A stretch of DNA of 26,163 nucleotides from a virus (Duplodnaviria > Heunggongvirae > Uroviricota > Caudoviricetes), in IMG/VR virus record IMGVR_UViG_2541047960_000003, one strand, 5' to 3'. The number at the start of each line of letters is the position of its first letter. Positions within the stretch are counted from its first letter, which is position 1. The position numbers and the translations under genes were made by a program. This document shows positions 17,517 to 25,051 of the stretch, one piece after another. Under the pieces are notes generated by a model. It made no database searches. It saw only the letters and a list, made by a program, of their open reading frames with translations, and had not been told where the DNA came from.

Positions 17517-19111
17517 CAGAATCCCTCCAGCATACGGGCCGCCTGACGACGACGGCGTGAGCTTGCCTTCACCGGCCCTTTGTTAATTTCACGGCTGGCG
17601 AAATACGCCAGCGCCAGTGCGATGGCTGAATCCCCGTGGCGTTTACCACCGTCAGCCTTTGCTTTTGAGCGTTGCTCCGGTACGCGGGGGACACCGTTCA
17701 CCACCTGAACGGCCCGCAGGTCATCCAGTGTGTCTTCATCCTTTGGTAAGTCCACCAGGTTACCGTCTTCCAGTGCAGCTTTGACCGGAGGCATATGCTC
17801 CCGGTACCAGCCTTCGGTTGGCATCACCTGCTGAACCCGGCTGGAGCCGTAGCGCTGCATGGCGTATTCAGCCAGATAGGCACCATTACCACGGGCATCA
17901 AACGCTGCACCCAGCAGACCGGGCAGGCCATCCATCAGATACCAGGTGATTTGCTCCTGCTGTCTGAACGGCACGTTACGCAGCTCCAGTACGAATGGCA
18001 CGCGTCGTACCAGGTTCTTCTCCTGCAGCAGGGGATAGTCCACCGACAAATCACCGCTACGGCCAAAGTCGCGCCCCAGGAAAGAGCGGGCATCAGTGGG
18101 GAGTGCCTCCAGCAAGGGTTTCAGATACTCATCAAGCCAGTCCTGCGTCTCGCGGAAGCGAACCTCATCAGACAGCAGTTCATAACCTTCCTTGCAGGTC
18201 AGACGCAATACCGGCGTATCAGCGGACATGCGGGACTCTATCAGGGCACGGGACAGCCAGGCACCGCCACCGTTGGCCGGAATACAGTCAAGCTCTTCGG
18301 ATGCGCCGGCACCGTAGAATTTGTACACCGATGCCATCCAGGCCTGCTCGGATGCCTCCGACCATTCCTTCCCGGTGCGCAGACAGACGCGCCGGAACAG
18401 CCCCTCAGATACGGCTTCCCGGAAAGTGATGCGATGTATGCTGCCTCCCTGACGTCCGGCACGGATATCCCCGATAAGCGTATTGAACGGATTGTCGTCA
18501 CCGTCATGGGTGGAGATAACGCGTACCTTTCCCCCCCAGATAAGCATCGCCAGCGCCGCTTTCAGCAGTTCGTCCAGTTGCTCATGGAACGCCGCTTCGT
18601 CGATAACAATAATACCCTGACGGCCACGCAGGTTAGACGGGCGGCTGGAGAGCGCAACAATACGAAAGCCGGAGTCAGGAAATTTGATGGTGTAAGTCTT
18701 GATGTGTTTGTCGTCGTCGTCCTCTTCCCAGAATCCTTCTTCAATTTCACTGGCCGCATAGTTGAATGCCCGTGCCCACATCGCACACGCCTGAATGTAT
18801 TCGACGGTCATGTCCTGGTTATAAGCGATGTAATACACATTCATCCCGCCTGCTGGCGCAGAAGAGGCGGCGGTCAGTACGTTATCGGATGCCTCAGCCC
18901 ATGTAATACCGGTACGACGGCTCTTTTCTATCACCTTAAGCGGAGAGGTGTCTGCCACCCAGCGCTGCTGGTAAGGCAACAGAACGGGAGGGGCATCCAG
19001 CGCCGAGGTATCAGGCAAAACGGGAGCAAGGTTATTCCTCCCGTCCATGGGACTCATCCCTTCGGGGCCGCCGCCAGCGGCGTTTAAAATCACTCCGGAT
19101 GATTTTGTCAT
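17516..19111 (-). CDS. terminase large subunit (Mu gp28-like)
   Basis: 531-aa ORF preceding the portal gene; acidic EEDDDDK patch and overall size typical of a large terminase. Confidence 0.8.
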   Translation of the reverse strand: MTKSSGVILNAAGGGPEGMSPMDGRNNLAPVLPDTSALDAPPVLLPYQQRWVADTSPLKVIEKSRRTGITWAEASDNVLTAASSAPAGGMNVYYIAYNQDMTVEYIQACAMWARAFNYAASEIEEGFWEEDDDDKHIKTYTIKFPDSGFRIVALSSRPSNLRGRQGIIVIDEAAFHEQLDELLKAALAMLIWGGKVRVISTHDGDDNPFNTLIGDIRAGRQGGSIHRITFREAVSEGLFRRVCLRTGKEWSEASEQAWMASVYKFYGAGASEELDCIPANGGGAWLSRALIESRMSADTPVLRLTCKEGYELLSDEVRFRETQDWLDEYLKPLLEALPTDARSFLGRDFGRSGDLSVDYPLLQEKNLVRRVPFVLELRNVPFRQQEQITWYLMDGLPGLLGAAFDARGNGAYLAEYAMQRYGSSRVQQVMPTEGWYREHMPPVKAALEDGNLVDLPKDEDTLDDLRAVQVVNGVPRVPEQRSKAKADGGKRHGDSAIALALAYFASREINKGPVKASSRRRRQAARMLEGF

Positions 19112-19203
19112 GTGGCAATCCCCAGAATCTCGCGACGAAGCGCCTGTACTGCGTCGCTTGACAGTCCCCCCTTACGGGCAATTTTCTCGGCGTTGCTGGC
19201 TGC

Positions 19204-19653
19204 CTACTGCGCTCTGGCCCGTACTTCAGACTGGAACTTTTTGAGGTTGACGGACGCGCGGGACAGCGTAGCCACATTCTTCGCCACCTTCGACAGCAGG
19301 GCCACGCGTTCTTTAGGATCGACTTCGCCTTCTTCCGCCTCCTGCAACTGGACAATACTCTCGAACAGCTCGGTCTGAATAAGGGCTATCACAGCCTCCG
19401 AACGCGCATCCTGATCGTCTGCTGCGCCTTCGGTCAGCATGCGGGCCGCTTCTGTTGCCGCACGGATAGCACCATAGCGGCGCTCAATCTTCTGTCCATA
19501 GCGATGGATAGCGGATTTGCTGATGACGTACCCCCGCTCACGCAGCAGGGACTCCAGCTCGTTATACCCGCTGAAGCCGGATTCAGTCAGCGCCCGTTCA
19601 AGCCAGCGGCGCACGTCTTCCGGCAGCTTTTCTATTGTGCTGCGTCTGGCCAT
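19204..19653 (-). CDS. Mu gp27-like protein (putative small terminase / DNA-binding)
   Basis: 149-aa ORF upstream of the large terminase with an N-terminal HTH-like segment (SGYNELESLLRERGYVISKSAIHRYG). Confidence 0.5.
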   Translation of the reverse strand: MARRSTIEKLPEDVRRWLERALTESGFSGYNELESLLRERGYVISKSAIHRYGQKIERRYGAIRAATEAARMLTEGAADDQDARSEAVIALIQTELFESIVQLQEAEEGEVDPKERVALLSKVAKNVATLSRASVNLKKFQSEVRARAQ

Positions 19654-19964
19654 TATTCACTCCAGTACTTTTCCGGGCGGGCAATACCCGGACCACATTC
19701 CACGGTGTATTCCACCAGGTCTACGCCGAGGCGGGTCAGGTCAGCAAACCAGTCGCCAGAAGGTTTTTTCTCCAGATCAACCATTTTACGGTCAGCCAGA
19801 TAATCCAGTTCGCGGCGCAGTTCCAGCGGTGTGGTGTCCGGGTAGATGGCACGGGACACATCCAGCAGCAGCGTCTCGCTGGCGGTGTAAGGGCGGGTCT
19901 TGTTCAGGGCAACCAGCAGACTCCAGCGCAGGGATTCGCGGCGTACCCGGGTAATATCGACCAT
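19653..19964 (-). CDS. hypothetical protein
   Basis: 103-aa ORF tightly packed between neighbours, codon usage consistent with operon. Confidence 0.4.
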   Translation of the reverse strand: MVDITRVRRESLRWSLLVALNKTRPYTASETLLLDVSRAIYPDTTPLELRRELDYLADRKMVDLEKKPSGDWFADLTRLGVDLVEYTVECGPGIARPEKYWSE

Positions 19965-20290
19965 TATTGACCTCCGGTATTGCGGTACTGCTGTACCACT
20001 TCCAGTTTGTTATAAAGCGCGTCCAGTTTGGCCTCAATGACTGTCTGGCCACGGATATAATCCTCTCGACGGACATAATTCAGCGGTAAATCCGCTTTAA
20101 ATCGCATAAATTCTTTTTCCAGCTCGCCCCAGTTGGAGGCGGATTGTTGCAGGGCCTGTTCAAGGGAGGCGAATCGTGCCGCCTGGCGTTCTTCTGTTTT
20201 ACTGAACAACCATTTGGCGAGCCCTCCCACAAACCCCATGAAGGTGAGCAGAAAACTCACCACCGTCCAGAATTCAACCTGCAGTGTCAT
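19964..20290 (-). CDS. membrane-anchored coiled-coil protein
   Basis: 108-aa ORF, N-terminal TM (FWTVVSFLLTFMGFVGGLAKWLF) then charged helical region; ATGA-type overlap with Rz stop. Confidence 0.45.
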   Translation of the reverse strand: MTLQVEFWTVVSFLLTFMGFVGGLAKWLFSKTEERQAARFASLEQALQQSASNWGELEKEFMRFKADLPLNYVRREDYIRGQTVIEAKLDALYNKLEVVQQYRNTGGQ

Positions 20291-20937
20291 TTCTGTAATC
20301 CTTCCCGTTCATCCAGTAACGCGTTTATCTGGTTCCGCCAGCGACGACATTGTCCTGCGTTGTCGATGATGTTGGCGAGAACGTCACGCTGGGAGACACC
20401 CGAATCGCGTAACCGGGTGTCAGTGGTTTCAGGTTGCCCGGTCGCTGTGCCAGAGCGGGTGCCAGCGGCGGCAACTGAGTCTGAATGACCGGTGTCGACG
20501 GATGCGTTGTCATATCCGAGTGCGGTGTTGTACTGGCGCACGAAACCGCGAGTAAACACGCACTCAATGGGATGGCTCTTACCTTTTTCATCAATCCAGC
20601 GCTGTGTGACATCGTTAATTTGCCCCTGTAGTTGTTTATTCCGGCTCTCCAGTTGAGCAATCTGCTCAAGATAACCGGCTTCAGCCCGCTGCCCGGCGGC
20701 CACCTGCTCCTGATACCGTCTGGCCCAGGCCCGCAGCGCAGCATTCTCAAGCGTTGCCTGCTCCGTTTTGTACGCGTCAAATGCTGACTGCAACTGACTG
20801 AGCGCGGTATCACCGTCACGCTTTGCAGAGTCATGACCACTTCTGTATCCCATGGCATACAGGCCGACCAGAAAGGCATTGATAAGAATGGCCAGCAGAA
20901 TGCCGCGCCACGGCAGCTTTTTAATCAGATGCCACAC
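20287..20937 (-). CDS. Rz-like i-spanin
   Basis: N-terminal TM (GILLAILINAFLVGLYAMGY) followed by long coiled-coil region; proposed GTG start at 20935-20937 preceded by GGGGAGG + 8 nt; alternative ATG at 21039 would overlap the endolysin by 119 nt. Confidence 0.55.
   Translation of the reverse strand: MWHLIKKLPWRGILLAILINAFLVGLYAMGYRSGHDSAKRDGDTALSQLQSAFDAYKTEQATLENAALRAWARRYQEQVAAGQRAEAGYLEQIAQLESRNKQLQGQINDVTQRWIDEKGKSHPIECVFTRGFVRQYNTALGYDNASVDTGHSDSVAAAGTRSGTATGQPETTDTRLRDSGVSQRDVLANIIDNAGQCRRWRNQINALLDEREGLQK
20325..20591 (-). CDS. Rz1-like o-spanin lipoprotein, embedded in +1 frame within Rz
   Basis: ATG at 20589-20591; MKKVRAIPLSACLLAVSCAS has signal peptide and lipobox-like Cys; Pro-rich mature part (PSTPVIQTQLPPLAPALAQRPGNLKPLTPG). 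Confidence 0.5.
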   Translation of the reverse strand: MKKVRAIPLSACLLAVSCASTTPHSDMTTHPSTPVIQTQLPPLAPALAQRPGNLKPLTPGYAIRVSPSVTFSPTSSTTQDNVVAGGTR

Positions 20938-21661
20938 AACTGCTGCCTCCCCATGTGAGATATCGCGGTGCCAGTTCGCGCAGGATGCGCTGCGGATAAT
21001 GGCGGTTCTCCCGCCAGCTGGCCGCATTGCGTCCGGCATTCACCGTGGCGACATGTCCGAACCAGCGGGTGCTGTCCAGACCTTTCTGTGATGCAAGCCG
21101 CCTGTCCCGTTGTACCCAGCCCAGACCACCGTTATAGCCCGACAGTGTCATGGCCATACGCTCGCAGTCACTGGCGGCGCTGACACGCTGCCACAGCCAG
21201 CGGTCATAGCTGACCAGCGCCCGGATAGCCCATGCCGGATTAAACGGCTCACGACTGCTCAGCATCGGTATCAACTGGCTTATCCAGTCGGCAGTGGCAG
21301 GCATGAACTGCGCCAGTCCCTGAGCGCCAGCCGGCGAGATCGCATCAGGTCGCCAGCCGCTTTCCTGATGCAGTTGCGCGGCGAAATCGGCCACCGGCGC
21401 AGACAGTCCCCATTCAAGCCGGGCATTACGGATCACATCATCGCGATACTGCAGCGCAGCCTGCGGAGGTTGTGCTGCGCATGCCTGGCTGAAAAAGCCG
21501 CCACACCAGAGCAACATTGCGACAAAGAATACCCATGCCATATGAACCAGAAAGGTCCCGGCGCGGACTGACAGGCGTTCGGTTCTGATGAAGACCCGAA
21601 AGGCTTCGAAAGCCAGTTTCAGGGACATGCATACAATCCAGGTGATCTGCGGCCAGTTCAT
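20921..21661 (-). CDS. endolysin, lytic transglycosylase (SLT domain) with N-terminal hydrophobic segment
   Basis: 246-aa ORF with E-S-x-W...AQGLAQFMPATA catalytic-region pattern; N-terminal MAWVFFVAMLLWCGGFFSQACAAQ looks like a signal or SAR segment; start ATG 3 nt after the holin-like stop. Confidence 0.75.
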   Translation of the reverse strand: MNWPQITWIVCMSLKLAFEAFRVFIRTERLSVRAGTFLVHMAWVFFVAMLLWCGGFFSQACAAQPPQAALQYRDDVIRNARLEWGLSAPVADFAAQLHQESGWRPDAISPAGAQGLAQFMPATADWISQLIPMLSSREPFNPAWAIRALVSYDRWLWQRVSAASDCERMAMTLSGYNGGLGWVQRDRRLASQKGLDSTRWFGHVATVNAGRNAASWRENRHYPQRILRELAPRYLTWGGSSCVASD

Positions 21662-21663
21662 GA

Positions 21664-22014
21664 TTAAAGCCCCATCGCAACAGCCAGGCAGACCGCTGCA
21701 ACAATCAGTGCACGGCGGATTAACGCAGCAGAAAACACCAGGTGAAGGCCGGTCTGTACCGGGAAACGCCCTTCAGCCATCAGCCTGTCGTCATGTTTCA
21801 GGTACTGACCGGGACGGGCTTTGGGGAAGAGCGAACGGTCAAGCCAGTAACCCAGCACTGCTGCCAGCGTGATGAGTGCCAGCTTGTAGATCACAACAGG
21901 CAGCTGCTGTGGTGAGACCAGAGCGATGGTGCCCAGCAACAGCACTGAGGTCAGCAGCCAGCCGCTGAGGCGAGGTTTTTTAACAGGGGGAATGAATTTT
22001 TTCAGGTTTTTCAT
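21664..22014 (-). CDS. putative holin (small multi-TM membrane protein)
   Basis: ATG at 22012-22014 with GAGGAGA SD; about three hydrophobic segments; first gene of the late operon, immediately upstream of endolysin. Confidence 0.45.
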   Translation of the reverse strand: MKNLKKFIPPVKKPRLSGWLLTSVLLLGTIALVSPQQLPVVIYKLALITLAAVLGYWLDRSLFPKARPGQYLKHDDRLMAEGRFPVQTGLHLVFSAALIRRALIVAAVCLAVAMGL

Positions 22015-22144
22015 GTGTGTCTCCTCGTTTGGTGGAGACAGCATCACAAATACAGGGCGCAAAGGATTTTAAAGCGCGTTAAGAGAGCCGGGGATACGGG
22101 ATGTGCAGGATAAACGATGAATTATTCACAGAGGAGAATACGAT
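22015..22144. promoter_or_regulatory. divergent promoter region (late lysis/structural operon leftward; P-loop gene rightward)
   Basis: 130-bp non-coding gap between the first late gene start (22014) and the plus-strand gene start (22145); no specific promoter boxes confirmed. Confidence 0.3.
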
Positions 22145-22621
22145 ATGACGCACACACTGAATCCGGTCATCACTGTCACTGTGTCCGGTCCTGTGGGCAG
22201 CGGTAAAAGTTACGTACTGGCGCGGATAGAAGAGATGGTGAAACAGGAACTCGGAAACAGCGTCATTGTCGATGCTGCTGACGTGGAGAATGAGCGCCGT
22301 ATGAATGGCGAAGATCTGACGACCTGGCAGAAGCCACGGGGTGGCACAGTGATCAGGCTAGAGGAATACACGGGACAGGGCCTGTTGTCATACGGCGAGG
22401 AGCGTATCTGTCGGACGAATGAGCTGCTGGATGTTATATGCCCCACGGGCCGGCAACCCTGGATACTGCCCGATGCACTGCATGCCACCATTGCGGCACT
22501 GATGACAGTTTACGATCAGGAGCTGCTCATGAAGGAGTTACGTAAACTCACCGGTCAGCCAACAGAATGTTGTTCGTCTCCGAAGTACGGCAAACAGGAA
22601 AACGCCCCGGATAATCCTTAA
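22145..22621 (+). CDS. small P-loop (Walker A) protein, possible small kinase-fold protein
   Basis: 158-aa ORF; SD GAGGAG 8 nt before ATG; VITVTVSGPVGSGKSYV Walker A at residues 15-22, then VIVDAAD acidic motif about 20 residues later. Confidence 0.5.
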   Translation: MTHTLNPVITVTVSGPVGSGKSYVLARIEEMVKQELGNSVIVDAADVENERRMNGEDLTTWQKPRGGTVIRLEEYTGQGLLSYGEERICRTNELLDVICPTGRQPWILPDALHATIAALMTVYDQELLMKELRKLTGQPTECCSSPKYGKQENAPDNP

Positions 22622-22640
22622 GATACCTCCTGAACAGAAA

Positions 22641-22656
22641 CAGCCCTGAAGGGCTG
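22641..22656 (-). terminator. candidate intrinsic terminator ending the repressor-operon transcript
   Basis: CAGCCC-TGAA-GGGCTG hairpin 2 nt after the stop of the 196-aa gene; on minus-strand RNA it is followed by UUUCUGUU; on plus-strand RNA it is followed by A-rich sequence, so it is unidirectional. Confidence 0.4.
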
Positions 22657-22658
22657 CA

Positions 22659-23249
22659 CTAAAAAAAGAAGTGTATTATTGCCCAAACAGCTATAACGAT
22701 GATTCCCAGCCCAAGAGCCGATTCTAACTTATCTTTGGCAGTCATTTTTACTGTTGTAGCGGGCGCAGGTAAGTCTTGCTGCTGTGGATTTTCTGTTAGT
22801 TGTTTACGAGAAGAAACATCGCCCCTATTAGTTTGCTTCATGTTGATTACAGATGCGTTATGGGCATTATCAGCAGCAATTGACTGAAGTTTTACAAAAG
22901 TTTTTGAATCTGTTTTAGCCAGAAGTAACCTATTTCCCGTAAACATTGCCTTAAAAGTGATAGTTTTTTTCGTCTTGTCCGCCGCACCAAGCAAACCTCC
23001 AATGACCAACCCTGCACCACCAAAGATTAATCCACCAAGCAAACCTGCGCCTGCCGCCTTACCTATACGGCTTTCCTCTTCACTATCCGCAAGTTCAATC
23101 GATAAAAGCTCTTCTTTCAGATTTAATACAATATTTTCAGGAAAGCCTTGTTTTGGTTTTTTGGCAAACACGATGGTACCGAACCCCATGCTTGCCCACC
23201 CTTTAGGAAAACTTCCTGCGATAACCTGAATCCCTGCCATGTTCATCAC
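22659..23249 (-). CDS. glycine-zipper membrane protein of unknown function
   Basis: ~193-196-aa ORF (GTG/ATG start cluster at 23238-23249 after AAAGGTG); GxxxG-rich segment AAGAGLLGGLIFGGAGLVIGGLLGAA and C-terminal TM LGLGIIVIAVWAIIHFFF; AT-rich codon usage. Confidence 0.5.
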   Translation of the reverse strand: MMNMAGIQVIAGSFPKGWASMGFGTIVFAKKPKQGFPENIVLNLKEELLSIELADSEEESRIGKAAGAGLLGGLIFGGAGLVIGGLLGAADKTKKTITFKAMFTGNRLLLAKTDSKTFVKLQSIAADNAHNASVINMKQTNRGDVSSRKQLTENPQQQDLPAPATTVKMTAKDKLESALGLGIIVIAVWAIIHFFF

Positions 23250-23330
23250 CTTTTACATTAAAATTTCAGAACGCAGCATGATGCCGCCTTTGTCTTTTTT
23301 CTGATCCCATGGTAATTCAGCTGTTATTTT

Positions 23331-24317
23331 CTATTTAAGAATAAAACGGTATTTACTGTCAGGAGTGCTTTGCTGATCAAGTAGCAGTGAACGACATGGA
23401 GCAGTCAAAACCCGAGCATAACTACCATCAGGGCTTATGTTAATGTAACAAACCTTGCCCTTAACACTATAATTTTCGGGGACGGATGCCTTTGCTGATA
23501 CAGTAAATTTAAGGGTATGCCAGCCCGTTTTTTGCTTGTAGCTTGAAACCGAATGGAAATCATCTGAGTACTTATTTAACCCTGGAAACATGCTGCGCAG
23601 TGCGGGGATGGAATCTTCTATTATTTTATCGTTGGTTTTAATGTTAAAAACGCTGGTTTCAGTAGAAGCTACTGCTTTGGCATTTCCCCATTTACCAGCG
23701 AACACAATCATTCCCACGAAAAATATTGCTACAAGAACTAACACTCCCCCCAACACTACTACATGAGGCTTCCGGCTTCTGGTTGGTACAGTTGCGACTG
23801 ATTTTGCACCGCTTTCCGATGGAGGTGATAGAGTTTTACTCTCATCACGAATATTCAGCAGATCATCAAAATAACCAAACACAGCCTGCAACTGCTCTTT
23901 GTCTAGGCCTTTAAGATGGGTTGTACCGAAATGCTTCAGACAGTATCTGTCACGGTCAAGACGATACCCAGGGTCAGTAAGCGCCATTATTTTGCTGACC
24001 AGAAGATTACAGTCCTTCATATTCTGGATCTGTTGTGCATATCTCTGAAGGATCTCAACCGCACCATGATAATCAGCCGCAGTCATTTCATTAACTGTTT
24101 TGGTATTAAGTTTCGTGTGGATCGTCATCCATAGCTCGCGCTTACTTTCCCCCAGATCAACCAATTCATCCATCAATCTGTGTAAATCGCGTTTTTGCAG
24201 CAACGAAATTGGTTGCTGGGCCGAAGGAAGTATGTCAGCAGAATAGTTATGAATGGTAACATCACCGCTGACAACGTTACCCACATCCCCGTTAACTGTT
24301 TGCTTCTCTTTACTCAT
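23331..24317 (-). CDS. single-pass membrane protein of unknown function, translationally coupled to the repressor
   Basis: 328-aa ORF; ATG at 24315-24317 overlaps repressor stop (ATGA); ~190-aa N-terminal domain, one TM (HVVVLGGVLVLVAIFFVGMIVFAG), ~115-aa C-terminal domain. Confidence 0.55.
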   Translation of the reverse strand: MSKEKQTVNGDVGNVVSGDVTIHNYSADILPSAQQPISLLQKRDLHRLMDELVDLGESKRELWMTIHTKLNTKTVNEMTAADYHGAVEILQRYAQQIQNMKDCNLLVSKIMALTDPGYRLDRDRYCLKHFGTTHLKGLDKEQLQAVFGYFDDLLNIRDESKTLSPPSESGAKSVATVPTRSRKPHVVVLGGVLVLVAIFFVGMIVFAGKWGNAKAVASTETSVFNIKTNDKIIEDSIPALRSMFPGLNKYSDDFHSVSSYKQKTGWHTLKFTVSAKASVPENYSVKGKVCYINISPDGSYARVLTAPCRSLLLDQQSTPDSKYRFILK

Positions 24318-24775
24318 CTTCTCTTGGTATTTTTGTTCATTATTCCACCTGTTCCTATGGTTACGTTACCTTTGATAACATTCCCCAGAACATCTCCATG
24401 AATAACCTGTTCCGCCCGTTCTCTGGAGGAGCCAGTAGTCAAGGCCGACAAAACTGAACCTTTGACCTGTAATGGTGCCTGCCGGTAGTGCTGCAGTAAC
24501 TCCATTTCATCACGTGATAAAGTTATACCTGATGACTCCCCGGTAAGAATGAACTGTACATTGGCCCCAATTCTTGCAAAGGCTGCAAGTAACTCACCTC
24601 CGGGAACAGCAACCCCTCGTTCATATTTCCCCCACATTTCTCTTGAAACGCCACAAAGGGCTGCTACTTCAGCCTGCTTGAGTGATAACCGCGAACGCTC
24701 AGCTTTGAACCGCGACGCGCAAAGAGAATCAAAATTCACATAAACCTCATTGGCAATGAGAACAATAGTTCTCAT
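24314..24775 (-). CDS. XRE-family HTH transcriptional repressor (putative immunity repressor)
   Basis: 153-aa ORF with classic HTH_XRE segment (LSLKQAEVAALCGVSREMWGKYERG); divergent from the early operon across a 50-bp gap. Confidence 0.65.
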   Translation of the reverse strand: MRTIVLIANEVYVNFDSLCASRFKAERSRLSLKQAEVAALCGVSREMWGKYERGVAVPGGELLAAFARIGANVQFILTGESSGITLSRDEMELLQHYRQAPLQVKGSVLSALTTGSSRERAEQVIHGDVLGNVIKGNVTIGTGGIMNKNTKRR

Positions 24776-24825
24776 AATCTATCACATATAAAACAAACAT
24801 CATTGCATCAACAAAGGAGACAACA
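24776..24825. promoter_or_regulatory. divergent promoter/operator region between repressor and early operon
   Basis: 50-bp AT-rich gap containing TCACATATA, ATTGCA and the SD AAAGGAGA for the Ner-like gene. Confidence 0.4.
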
Positions 24826-25014
24826 ATGACTTCCGAACAAGTTAAAAATCTCTTCCGTCAGCGTGGTATCACGTTTACCCGCTGGGCCGAAGAACACGGC
24901 TACAGCCGCAATGAGGTCTATCGTGTTCTCAATGGACAGACCAAAGCTCGTTACGGCAAAGCCCATGAAATTGCCGTAAAACTGGGATTAAAACCCACGT
25001 CAAATGCGGCATAA
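24826..25014 (+). CDS. Ner-like small DNA-binding regulator
   Basis: 62-aa ORF with SD AAAGGAGA; HTH-like TRWAEEHGYSRNEVYRVLNG and C-terminal KAHEIAVKLGLKP resembling the Ner/Nlp pattern. Confidence 0.6.
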   Translation: MTSEQVKNLFRQRGITFTRWAEEHGYSRNEVYRVLNGQTKARYGKAHEIAVKLGLKPTSNAA

Positions 25015-25020
25015 ATTTTC

Positions 25021-25051
25021 CACATATGCAACAGGTTATCACATATTGCAA
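25021..25051. promoter_or_regulatory. direct repeats CACATATGCAA / CACATATTGCAA, candidate operator sites
   Basis: Copies at 25021-25031 and 25040-25051 (19-bp spacing) upstream of the winged-helix gene; related CACATAT at 24783-24789 in the divergent promoter gap. Confidence 0.35.

Noticed and set aside
17795-19087. 430-aa plus-strand ORF
   Set aside because: Entirely antisense to the large terminase gene in GC-rich sequence; Arg/Gly/Pro-rich junk-like translation.
20592-20879. Upstream 96 codons of the track ORF 20325..20879
   Set aside because: Only the portion from the internal Met at 20591 (signal peptide plus lipobox) looks like a real Rz1-type protein; the upstream part is open frame inside Rz.
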